Shown: positions 12,894-26,301 of the stretch, in pieces
Numbering within the stretch: position 1 is the stretch's first letter
How the letters are laid out: each line of letters opens with the position of its first letter
Assembly: GCA_051294375.1 (NCBI GenBank)
Contig: CM119264.1
Coordinates: 22,655,826-22,719,825 of the forward strand
Direction: 5' to 3'
DNA length: 64,000 nucleotides
From: Paraspadella gotoi
Lineage: Eukaryota; Animalia; Chaetognatha
Program-made: the position numbers and the translations under genes
The notes under the pieces: generated by a model
The model's input: the letters and a program-made list of their open reading frames with translations, nothing else
What the model was told of the DNA's origin: nothing
Databases searched by the model: none

Positions 12894-14455
12894 ATTCTTT
12901 CAGCTGGAGGTGTTCCGCTGCGGCCACAACAGCATCGGCCATGCCGCTGCGCTGTCGATGCTGAAGGCGGCACTGGAGCCGACGAGCGCGCTCAAGATCC
13001 TCGATCTGGAGAAGGTCGACGTCTTCCAGGATTTCGTCGACACCTACGAGGTGATTGGCCTCCCCCCCAACCCGGATCTCGAAGCCGAGCGGATCGTCTG
13101 GAGCCCGAGTGAACCCATTTCGCTCCAGTTATATGTTGTAGTTCATTTATTAATTTATTTAATTGGTGTTGCTGTTGGTAATGTTTTTGTTGTAGTTTAT
13201 GTGGACTCATTTGTTTTATTGTTAATCATGTGAAGAAATCGGTAATTGAGGATTCACCCACTTACTTTTACTTCACAACCGAATATCGGAAATTAAAATT
13301 AACCAAAATGTCATTCATTTATGTCCTCATTTCATGAACAAAGAACACGACAATGACAAACACCGCACCGTTTTCGTTATTCCTTTATTCCACGTCATAA
13401 ATCTCATCATTATCATCATCATAATGATAAACTCCCCGCCCCCAATTCCCCCACCCACTAAATCCTCAACACTCGCCAAGAACTCGATGCGGTCCCTCGA
13501 CCTGACCGTCACCCACGGGTTCGTGATGGGCTCCTTCAAGATGACGGGCATCTACCAGCGGAAGAGAGATTTCGCCCGCGAAGTCGTCAAAGTTTTCAAC
13601 GCGGAAAACTTCAGACCCGTCAGGGTTTACATGTTTAATTCCAAAATGAAGTTCATAGGTGAAGGGAGAGGGGAGGGGAAGGGAAGGGGAGGGGAAGGGG
13701 AGGGGATGGAAGGGAAGGGAGGGGAGGGGAGGGGAAGGGAAGGGTTAGGAAGAAAGATAGGAAGAGGAAAGAAATAGGAAGGATATGAATAGAGAGAGTG
13801 TTAAAGAGAGGAAAGAAGAGAGGAATGAATGATTGAGAGGATGAGGGAAAAAATGAGCAGAGAGGGAAAAGAAAAATAGAAGAAAGAAAGAGAAAAGAAG
13901 TGAAGTGAGAAGGTTGAAGAAAAACCAGAAGCGATAGGAAATAATGATTGAGAATTTCAGAGAGAGATGAGACGAGAAGAGACTGATAGGGCAAAGGAAG
14001 GAAAGAAAGAGAAGGAACAGAAAGGGATTGAAGAGAGATTAAACCGAAAGGGGGGGGGCAAAGAAAGAGAGAGGAAAGAAGGAAAATGGAAGCGAAGAGA
14101 CAGAAATCGTAAAAGAGATATGTAATTATGTATGAAAAATAGTATCGCTCCTCTTTGGTCAGATTTTCTGAAAAAGTACGATAAAATCGGAAACCTGGAG
14201 GCCCACGTACCGGAACTGAAAGTCGCCCTGCAGAATCCCGTCGATTTTGAGTTCGAAGGGGATCAGCTCAAGATGTGCCTGTGAGTAAACGGCTGATTAG
14301 ATTGATTCGATTGACCTAATTGATTGATTAATTATAATAATTAAAATCTCTCTTCAAGAACTGCCTTGGAAGACTTGGCAATCAAAAGCACACAACTTGG
14401 TTTCTCTTCTCTGAGAAACATAACTTTTAACTTCAGCGGATTTTACGTCGTGTAA
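5619..14455 (+). CDS. LRRC74: LRRC74-like leucine-rich repeat protein (RI-type 28-aa LRRs, C-terminal EF-hand-like region) with a long His-rich and acidic N-terminal extension; about 20 exons
   Basis: Phase-consistent exon chain from ATG 5619 (donor 5914; exons at 6357-6465, ~6697, ~6935, 7200, ~7549, ~7907, ~8216, ~8334, ~9010, ~9170, ~9413, ~9651, ~10083, ~10610, ~10962, 11182, ~11784, ~12904, ~13480, 14163, ~14359) to TAA 14453-14455. Motifs DSDLEYDWDL, LYYDACAVLGVIPCSPFLR, HYTLGPIGAKAIA, LDLSHNELGD, LNLGWN and FIDFLKKYDKIG match the LRRC74A/B layout. Confidence 0.85.
5697..5843 (+). repeat. 9-bp coding minisatellite (CACGAAGCC-like) encoding (H-x-x)n in LRRC74 exon 1
   Basis: Repeated cacgaagcc/cacggagcc/cacgagggc units. 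The ATG-initiated frame, which also splices in phase, reads HEAQDTHDTHGAQGTHEAHEAHRAHGAHEAHEAHEAHGAHEGHEGNHTH. Confidence 0.9.
13660..13760 (+). repeat. Polypurine GGGA/GGGAA tract (G-quadruplex or triplex potential) at the 5' end of an LRRC74 intron
   Basis: More than ten G3+ runs separated by 1-3 purines, immediately after the donor at 13659. Confidence 0.7.
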
Positions 14456-15708
14456 TTTTCGGGCTGCGGTAAAAAGCGGAAAACTTCCGGAAAGGAAATT
14501 ATAATGACGCGGCTCGAGTTCGTAAAAAAATTGTTAATGAATATATAACGTATAATTATTATTATCGTAACTTTTTCAACAAAATTAAACGAGGAAAGAA
14601 AATAGAGGAGGAATTTGTGACGACTTGTAATTATTTTCTCCTGCCACCCAGGAAAAAAAAAAGAAATGCTTATTATTTTGTCCAATAAATGTTTGAATAA
14701 TCATCTGTCAGACATTCCCATCAGAAAAGACAACACGACGCCTTTTCTCTCTCGGGGTTATTCCGAAGGAAAAAGAGAGAAAATCGAAGAGACAAGAAAT
14801 ATGTGTAAAAATGTTTTTTCTCTTTTTCAGTTTTTCGGGCGGGAAATGTCTTTGCGTTTGGGTTACGCTTCGTCAAACAGAGTTTTCGTTACGAGAAATT
14901 TTTGGCCGTCCATTTAGTATCTTAGTCCGTCAAAGTGAAGTCGTGTTTTTTTAAACCTAACCAACTTTTAAAAAACACGACTAATAAGAATAAAAATCCA
15001 CTTAGAAAAAGTAAAGAAGACACCGAGTTACAAGATAACAATTACGGATGTGTTCGTTTTATTTTCCGCTCGAATCATTTAAACGTCACCTTCTCAACTT
15101 TTTTCGCCCAACATTCCGCCCGTTCCAAACACGAGGGTCAATGCCCCGACTCTTCGCGGTGAATACCCTCACCCCTCCACCACATTCACTTCCACAATCC
15201 AAAAAATACAACAAAACAAAATAACAAAGAACAACGAAAAAAATTCACAAAAGAAAAAAAAAAAAAATTGGGAACCGCCCCCCCATCCACGAAGTCGGTG
15301 AAGCAACTCGTAACAATTTTAATTGGCCGAAAACAAAACACTTTTTTCCTTCGACAGAGAGAGAGATATATTTTTTTTCCTTTCTCATCTCTCCAACTTT
15401 TCCCCGACATTCGCCTCAATCCCTTACCCTCTACGCCCTAACCTCGCTTCTCCCTCCCCTCCCTTCCTCCTCCACTCTCTCTCCCTCGTCGAATCTAAAA
15501 ACGGAAATGAGTCAAACGGAGTACGAGACGCCGATTAGTCGCTCCGTCCATCCGTCAATCCGCCGATCCGTCTCGTTCACCGACTTTTTGCGGTTGACTC
15601 TTCTTGTCAACTTTTTTTCTTCTTTTACGAAAATAAATCGATTCGAATTTTGAAGGAGGAAATTCTTGATCGGAGGAGAAATTTCCGGTGGCGAGGAAGA
15701 CGAGGAAA

Positions 15709-16129
15709 ATGAAGGACGAAGTGCTATCTGATAATCCTTTTAAGACAGTTAAGTCTTTCTGTTTTTTTTTCTGTTTGTCTGTCTGTCTGTCTCTATCTGT
15801 TTCTTACTTTCTTTCTTTCTTTTTGGTTTTTTTTTCATTTTCTGCATCTTTCTTTCACTTCTTTCGCTTCACAGTTGACCGCAAAAAAGCTACCACATAA
15901 ATTCCACAACATCCTCTGCAATCAGCGGATTGACCGTCGCGCCGCCAACCGCAACCATCTAGCGCCATTCCCCACCTCGAGTCCCCCCCTTCCTCCTCCT
16001 TGCTCCGCCTTTGCTCCACCCCTTCCCTCCGCCTCCAATCACGCAGGCTCAACACTCTCACCTTCACCCCTTACCTCAAAAAGCCACTCCCCCCTTAACC
16101 CTCAACCCCCCGCCCCTCCCCGTCATTAG
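15709..16129 (+). CDS. Candidate two-exon, ~97-aa Pro-rich orphan ORF (could be a spliced non-coding transcript)
   Basis: ATG 15709-15747, GT..AG intron 15748-15874 with a strong pyrimidine tract, joined in phase 0 to the open frame 15875-16129. No recognisable homology. Confidence 0.3.
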
Positions 16130-17182
16130 AGATAACCCAAAAAACTGGGCGAATAACTCGAACCCGAGATAAGCGTTCGACGTTAACGGCGACGAAGAAC
16201 GAAAGACTTTCCAACGTAAACTTCGAGAAAAATAGACGAGAAAAAGAAAAAAAAAAGTCGAAAGAAAAAAAGAATTTCTCGATTCGTTAAAAGCGGAGAA
16301 ACTCGTTTGAAACGAGAGCGGAGCGTGAGATTTATTCTTACTGGGCCGAATTTAAATCGCTATTTCGAGACAATGACCCTATGGAAGTGATGTTGACCAA
16401 GATTATTGAATATTGATGAAGATTCACCTCATGCGATTTATCGATTGTTCACGAAAAAAATTGCGATATAACGAAACGTCACTTCCATCGAATTAGCGAA
16501 TCTTAGAGACGTAATTCAAAAGGATAAATTTCTAAACCTTCTCCTCCCCTCGATCTTCAAACCCCGCCCCCTCGCCCCCCCCCCCGTTCCTCTCTTGAGC
16601 TTCGTTTCGTTGTTCGTTTTAAAGTTTCGTTTTATTTGATTCGTCGCAGCGATTTGAGGGTCAGGAATGATGGGCGGTGGGATGAGGAAGGAGTGGCTGT
16701 GGGGTGGGGAAGGTGTGGCGTGGGGTGGTAATTGGGACGGGGCCCAAGGATCAGCAGGCGGTGACGCAATGGGCAAAGAATTTTTTGGAGGAAAAATGGA
16801 AGGGTAAAGCGAAAGATGATAATTTTTTTTAAGTTTAATCAATCACATTTCTTTGGTTTTTGTTGTTTTTTGGGGTTTTTTTTAGTATTGACTATTTTAT
16901 AGTAACTTTTTTGAACAAAACGACAAGAAAGGTTCTTTTCAAAACAAAAACTTTTTAACTTAAGTAAGAAACCTAGTAAATTTAACCGCTATGAACTGAA
17001 AATGCTTCAAATTTTATTAATAAAAAGCCTCACAAAACATTTGTTTCAAAATTGCCTTCTCTCGAATTGCCCGTCGCGACTTTAAACAAACAAAAACCTT
17101 CCGACGCGATTTATTTTCCTGGGATTTAACAACATGACGTTATCTTATTCAACGATGGCAATAATTAGATCCGCGATGGACC

Positions 17183-18750
<1,568 letters not shown>

Positions 18751-20534
18751 TTGAGCATATCTCTGGGAGGTTCCGCCCGCTCGCGCTAATATTCAATATT
18801 AATCGCTCCCATAAATCTCGATAAAATGGGATTTTACCGCGCGTCGTAATTACATTCGCCCGTCCTCTGTCGGAGAAAAACAATAACAAAAAAGCGACGC
18901 TTAAGTTGTTGTTGTTGTTTATATGGGTTTTTTTGTGAGTGTGTTTTTTATCCGCTCCCGAAGTTTAGTGAGAAGTCGGTCGGTAGCGCGAATCGGAAAA
19001 AAAAAAAGATAAACGAGACGAAGTTGACTAATTAAAAAAAAATCGAAACGTTTGACATAAAAAAGAAAAAAAGAGAAACCCAAATTTCAAAGGATTTGCG
19101 AGGGTTAAAGGCACAAATCTGGGAAAATAAAAACCCAGATTGGTAATCCAGATTATGTCAGGAAACTCGATATATAGTCGTTCAGACTCCTTAAGTTTTC
19201 AAATATCCTGAAACGTCCTCTCTGTTGTCATACAGTACAACAACGAAGATTCGATGTCTATTGTCTAAGGTACAAAGTGACTACTAACAGATTAACGATA
19301 ATAGTGACAATGTCAAGCTATTTGATAATATTTTACAGAAATAGTGTAACGATAAATAGAGAACTAATATGTATAATTTCGTTTGTTAAACTTTTTCCCC
19401 TAACTCAGTATTAACATAATTTACCTATACATATATATACAATACGAAGATGGGAAGGTGGCGCAAGAGAGAGGACGGCGTTGGTAAAGAGGGCCAACGG
19501 GAAAGGAGAAGAATTAGACAAGCAATGGAAAAGAGAACGGGGGGTTGCAGAGTCTGCAACCCTTCTGCAGAGGGTTCGTCAGGTGCAGCGGGTACGTCTG
19601 CAGAGGGTGCGTCAGGTGCAGCGGTCGCGCCGAACGCGAAACTGATGAGTAAATAATTTGGGTCGAACCTGTCGTCGAGCCGATTCGTCCTCGATTGGAC
19701 TCGTCGTCGTCGTCTTGGTCGTCGCTCTCTATCAAAGCCGTCAAAGAGAAGGAGATGATGGCGTCTCGTCGGACGCAGTTAGCGTCGCTTCATCTCGAAA
19801 TGTGATTGCATCACTTCAGGCGTCGCGTCGGTCTTCGTAGTCTCGTTGATTGAAATGCGGATAAAGTGATTGATTGATCGATCGATCGAAGGACTTTGTT
19901 TATTTACCTAGTATTATTTCGATGAGGTTTATTTATTTATTAACCAATAATTTGTCTTTTATTTATTAACGGATTAACTTTAAAGAGGGAAGGAACAAGT
20001 GATTAAAAGAACAATAATTTCTCTAGAAAACAAAACAAAACGCAAATAAAACAAAACAAAACCGAATCATCGATCATAAATCGAGTTTTCTTTCTTTTTT
20101 TTCCTTCCTTTTTTCCCTCGTCACTTTAAAATGAAAAGAAAAAAAAAACAAGGAATTTTTAGAAAAAGAATGTTTTGAAGTCCCGCTCGGTTTGGGCAAA
20201 GGAAATCTTTTTTATTTTATTTTTAATTAATGAGATAAAACGAGAGAAAGAGAAGGAAAAAATGTTGAAACCAATTAGAAACAAATGTAGGAATTCCATT
20301 TTTTTTGTTTTTAATTCGAAAATGTGATTAAACGAGAACATCGTTTTAACATCACAATAACGTCATGAAAACAAAAAAAATTAAGACGTTCAAAATTTCA
20401 AACCTCCCAAAAACGCAATTTTTTTCCTTTGTAATGTAAGAGAGAGCTACGTTATTTTTACAAATTTGAACATCTACGTAGGACATCAAATAGTGAAAGG
20501 AAGGAAATAAAATGATATTGGTCGCTCACATCGC

Positions 20535-21119
20535 TTACTTCGCCGTTTTTCTTTTTCTCTTTTTGAGAGGGATGAGGTATTTAATAGGCCAAAAAATAAA
20601 CATAAAATGTGTTAAAAAAATTTTAAAACAGAAACAAAGTACATTAAGAGCCGCCAAAGAAATGAGGCCAAACCAGCGCCGTCTATTTCGGTCCCCGGTA
20701 AAAGTCTTTCGTTTGACTTTTCCAAACCGAAAACAAAGCGAAGTCAGGAGGGAATTCCGAAGCAGATGGTTCGATTGGAACGAAACTCGTTCTCTCACGA
20801 AATCGAGGTCAGTTTCGCGATTCAAAAATATTTTGGGGTCGAAATCGTCTTCGTCCCCCGGGCGAGGATGACGGCGCCTTTGAAGACGACTCCGGTCATC
20901 CTTTGAAGTCCCGACAATCACGTCAAACATCTTACACTTCTCGTCGAAATAGGTTCCGAACCTTCCCGGTGCCTTGATCAAAATTAATAAAAATATATAA
21001 TCTTAACCGCAAAGTCATCCGCGCGACTACTCAAACCCCTGATAATCTCGAGCCTCTCTTTCCCTCACCCGTCCACTTTTAAATCTCTCGATCGTCTTCC
21101 GAGTAGAACTCTTCTCCAT
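20535..21119 (-). CDS. Candidate small spliced orphan gene (MEKSSTRKTIERFKSGR/APGRFGTYFDEKCKMFDVIVG...)
   Basis: ATG 21119, 51-nt exon, GTGAGG donor at 21068 and AG acceptor at 20973, in phase with the 148-aa ORF 20535-20981. Possible further donor near 20798. No recognisable homology. Confidence 0.35.
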
Positions 21120-23188
21120 CAGAGGTTTCCAACTCGCTCTCCCAAATCCCAACCGATCTTCCTCTCCCCCTCCCCCCCCTCCCCACTACGAAACACCCTG
21201 TTTAGTGTTTACTCTTCGGCTTCATAATCTCACAAACAAATCTGAGGGCATTAATGGGGCTCCACCTTTGGAAAGCCTCGGACCCTCCCGCTCCATCGAG
21301 ATAAGGAGTTTTAGGCTAATTCCGTTCTCTCGTCGTCGTCGTCGTCGTCGTCGTCGCTCCATTACCTTGCCGCTTGAAGAGAATTCTGCAAATTTAACCC
21401 CCCCCCCACAAAAAAATAACGAAAAATAAACACCACTCGAAATTTTTTTAAGTTTTGAGTGCGTGTGTGTTTTGCATGACTCAATACCGCAGTAGGTAAC
21501 TTACGCTAATTTCCCGCTTCTGTTTCGTCATGTCAGATTTTAAAAACAACACTCCATTTCAAATTTCATTTTTCATTTCTATCGACTTAAAAAAAAAAAA
21601 AAACTTTCCTCCCCTTTCTCCCAATCCCCCTTGCCACTATCACTTTCTAATTAATATCCACACATAATTTCAAGCTGGAAGATTTTCGTTTCGCCGCCCA
21701 TTCCGCCCTCGTTCGCTCCCCCCCCCCCCATGGGCCATTTTCAATAAATCCGAAGCTTAAAATCGTTTCCATCTTTCTCCAGTCTTTCTCGGCCAAACGC
21801 GTAGGCTACATGTTAATAAACATAAGCGCTTTTGTTACAATACTTCCAGAAGGAAGCCATTTCGCGCGGATGGGAGACGGCAGAGGCCGAGGGCGGGGGA
21901 TTCGTCGGGGGAATCGGGAAAGAGAGGGGAGAGGTCCTGGGGAGGAGGCGGGTGACGTACGCTGACGAGTGGGTGCCTTTTGGGTATTTGGAATTAGTTC
22001 GATTCTCCAAAGACCGAAGACGTCATTGTGATTGATATGGTTTTCTGATGCGGTAGTAACTGTTGTTGTCGTCGTTGTTACCTCCAACAGGCAGGCAAGA
22101 ATGCGATGTCGTTTATCCTTCATTTCGAAGGACGTTTATTTTTTTTTAGAGATCATTTAGATCCGGTCTCGTCGTGCGAAATTGGAAGCCTTTGTGGCTT
22201 GAGAAAACTCGCTTTCACCTTATTTAACGGGAGGGGGTTCGCTGGCGTGGGGGTGGAGTTTGGGGGCGGAGCCTTCAGTCTGCCTCGAATCACGGGACCT
22301 CGAACTTCCTCGGTTTGGCGTGTGTGTGGCAGGTCGATCAACTGGGCCCAACAAAAACCAAATTTGACCAAGGAGTTTTGAGATTTACTGATAATTTTTT
22401 TACAAGTTGATTAGAATAAGATCGAGTGGTTTAGAAAAGAAGAACTAATGACTAAAGTTGAAGGTCGAAAGGATCAGAGGCGAAAGAAGACCACGCGGGC
22501 GACGGATATTGTAAAACTGACATTATGATAATCCACATCAGTATTTTTTAATCGAGATAGAATTTCCGAGAAAACAAAGAGTTCCGAGTCGCGCCTGTTT
22601 AAAAGTCGAAATAAAAGAAACAATGCATATAAGTTAAATTAAAAGTAAATTAAGGTGGGAGATGGGGGGGAAGCAAGGGGGGAGTGAAGGGCGGAGGAGT
22701 GGAGAGGGGGGGGAGAGGGGGGCGGAGCGAAGAAGAATTTGACCAGGAACGACGTAAATCAATAGAGCGGACGGAAGGCTCGCGATTTGATTGAAGAAAG
22801 AAGGTTCTGGTGTGAAGGTGATCGAGAACGGAGACTTTGCCACGCCCTCAAAACCAAAGGGTCTAAGCTTGGGAACTACGACCGGCGTCCTCGAACCTAT
22901 GAAAGGTTGATGACTCCACAGCAGCCGGAGTTACGAGGTTCATGACCCTCGGAATTTCGTCTGTCGCTTACTCAAACGGAAGAAAAGTAAACTAGGATTT
23001 CGGTAAAAACCCGAGACTTTTCAAAGTAAACAATGAAGGATTTAAAAAAAAAAGGAGAAGAAGAAAAAAAAGCACTCGTCCCCCTTTCTCCGTTTTTTTT
23101 TTAAACACTTTTCTGGAGAGAGGACTTTTTAAAAAGTGAGTGTGAGAGACAAGAAAAAAGAAATGAGTGAAAAGAAAGAGAGAAAAAC

Positions 23189-23232
<44 letters not shown>

Positions 23233-23397
23233 AAAAATATGGAAAAGGAAAAAAAAGGAAAGAAAGAAAAAAGAAAAAACATAAAATAAAAGTAGAGAAT
23301 GTAAGAAAGAAAGAAAAAACATAAAAAGAGAAGCAGAGAGAGGGGCGATCGCCGCGGCCGACGAAACCCGAAGAGAGAGAGAGAGGAGAGAGAGACG

Positions 23398-23438
<41 letters not shown>

Positions 23439-26301
23439 TCTCGTTTATAAAACGAGATTCTCTTTCGTTCGTCGATGAAATTCTCTTCACAAAAGTTTTT
23501 CTCTCACAATTTCCGCCGCTTCTCTTTTTTTCTTCACCGCGCGTATTTTTGTTTCGATCGTAAACAACCAATTTTCTAAAAAAAACGGAAAAAACTCCAA
23601 AGTAACAAAAAAAATTTAAAAACAAAAAAACAAAAGGTGGGACAATAGACAATAGTTTTTCTTTAATCAATTTCGTCGCTTAAATTTTTCAATCTTCTTC
23701 TTTTGTTTGGGAAAAGGCGGCTTAAAACAATATCATAATTGAAAGGTAAGCCAATAATTTGTTTTCTAAATTTTAGTTTCGTTGGTTTTTAATTTTAGAA
23801 AGTTGTAAGAAATCGAAAATACTAGGTTATTTTATTGAATTGTGGTTGATAACATTCATGTTACAAAGCAAAGTATTTTTTTTATTTTTAGAATAATTAT
23901 ATTTTTGGAAAGAAATATTCGTTTTTTCAATTTTTTTCAAGATACCCTCAAGCCTCAAGGCTTAAAACTAAAGATTTGAATTTTCCCCTTATTTACCATA
24001 TTAATATTGCGATTGCAAATCAATCTCGTCTTGAGTTTTTATTGGAAAGTCATTGTTGGTGGCAAAAGGACTGCACAGTTTAATCATATTTCTTCGAATT
24101 CGTAACAGAAACGTAAACATCTGGAATCTGGAATCTTTCCTTCTTCGTGAGAAGAATCTCTCATCCAATAAATCACAGGAAATTTTTTTGAACCAAATCT
24201 TGTGAGTACAACAAACAAACGAGCCCCTCGGCTATATTAGAATGGTGTAATGATGATGATGGGAAGTATATTCTTAAACTGCATGAATTAAAAGAAACAA
24301 CGAGTGGATCAGAATCAAGATAATAATAATTCATAAAATCATGCTGCAGTGAACGTTGGCATCGGAAAAACAGGAGTTTGAGATTTAATTTTTCATAGCA
24401 TTTCTGACTTTCAATTGTCGAAGAAAGACACGGTGAACAAAAAGGTTATCTATCAATGTGGTTTTTTCGATGAAGCGAGTCGTGCGACCTTGGATCCTCA
24501 ACGAGTAAACCAGACAAGCGACAGGAGCTTGACCTTCATATTTCAAAACCGTTTTCGAAGAGGGAGGAGAAGAAAACCGACTACCGTTTTGTTTAGGGTT
24601 AAGCCAAGGCGAAGGGAAAAAGACTAAAATATCGAAAAGAAGTAAAAACATTTATGAGCTTCGCCCTTCGAAGAGAAGGGAAGAAAAATGATATTTTGCG
24701 TTTCCCCGCTGGGCGTCGCCGTTCCACGAGGAAAAAGATTTAAAGGTTTTGACGCAAGAGATCCCGTAAATATTTTGCCGATTATCGTCATCCCTCGATC
24801 TTTAATAATCTCCGCTCGCGTCTTGATGTACACGAATTCGACGTGGGGTGTTCTTTCTCGCAGAAAAAAAAAAGGAAAAAAGGAAAATAGGAAGGAAAGA
24901 AAGGGAAAAAAAATAGGCAAAAACCCTCCGCCAACAAGTCAAAACACAATTTTTTTTTTTATTCTCTTGACTTAATCATCCCGCTTTTCCGACCTTTCGC
25001 CCGTTTTGAGTAGTTTTTGTTTAAATCTTGAAAAGAAAAAAAAAAAGCGTTCTCTAGGTAGTCATGTGATTCTTTCGGAATTCAAATAAAGCATAAAAAT
25101 ATTTTTTTTAAAAGATTTTAAAAAAAAATAAATATTAAAGATTGACGCGGAGAGAACACACAAAGGAAGTTAGATTTTAAGTGCTAAGTTCTTATTTGAA
25201 TTATTATTACCATTATTGATCACCAACTCAAAACGCAGTGTAGTAAAAAAAGTTAATTGAAATGACTTTAATGTAATATTTTTTTTATCTAATTACTTTC
25301 TTTTTCATAAAGATAGCCGGAGGGAGTGATGAAGAGAGGAGGAGGGAGTGAAGGAAGAGTGGGGAAAGTAGGGTGCGAATTATCATTTAAAACAGGGATA
25401 CAACCACTGGCCACCTGGATCGAGGGTTCTCTATTAAAGTAAAAAGAGATTACGTTTTTTTCGGCGGCCTATGGCATTCTTTGAAGTTTTTTGAAAAAAG
25501 AACTATTGAAAAATTTAGTTTCGGAAATTTCTTTTCATGGTTTGGTCTCTTGGAAGGCTCTAGAATTTACGAGGTTTTCCTATAAAAACGTTTTATTAAA
25601 AGTATAAATTCAATCGAAATGAAATCATCTAAAATGGATGAGAAAAGTTCGAAGAAAACATTCATCTTGTTTAGCTGCCCCAAATCCCAGTTGCTTGACC
25701 CAAATCCATTAAGACAAAAACTATGACTTTCGAAGGCATTGTTGACGCAAACGGTTCAACACAACCGTCAACGTAAAGAATTTCACCTCTGCTCTTGTCT
25801 CTGTGATCTTGAGACGAGCCTGAGGGGAGAAAGAGGGTGAGGGGAAAAAGAGGGTTGGGGGGCAGGGTGGGAAAAGAGGGAGAGGAGAAGGGTAAAAGAG
25901 TGAGAAAGAGAGAGATAGAGTAGTGTTAAGTTCTATCCGAAGTCGAAGAGTAAGGTAAAAAGCGCGGCAAAATAACAAACGAGGGAAGAAGTTTAGTTTC
26001 AGGCCGCGGTTCTAAAGAGTCGCCGCTAAAAAAAAATGGGGGTGGTAGGGTGGAGGCGTTCGACATCGCTTACCCTTTCGCTTTAGCATCGGATATACTT
26101 TTGGTTTTAATCATTCTCGTATCCTGACGTTAATAGCGACGGAAAAAGCGGCCCGGTACACATACTTCCCGCGCCCTGGGGGAAGAGAGGGAGAGAAAAA
26201 AAGAAAGTTTTTAAAAAGGAGGGAGAGGAGAAACAGATTGAGATTTAACGATCGCGACATATCCGTCACGTTAAAGACAGTATTTCACTTTCAGACGCAA
26301 C

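Noticed and set aside
19450-19656. 68-aa basic ORF with an internal ~33-bp direct repeat
   Set aside because: No homology or splice support, so it cannot be distinguished from chance.
22859-22950. Hairpin with ATGA...GA, SECIS-like
   Set aside because: The stem is too short, there is no apical AA at the right spacing, and there is no upstream selenoprotein candidate.
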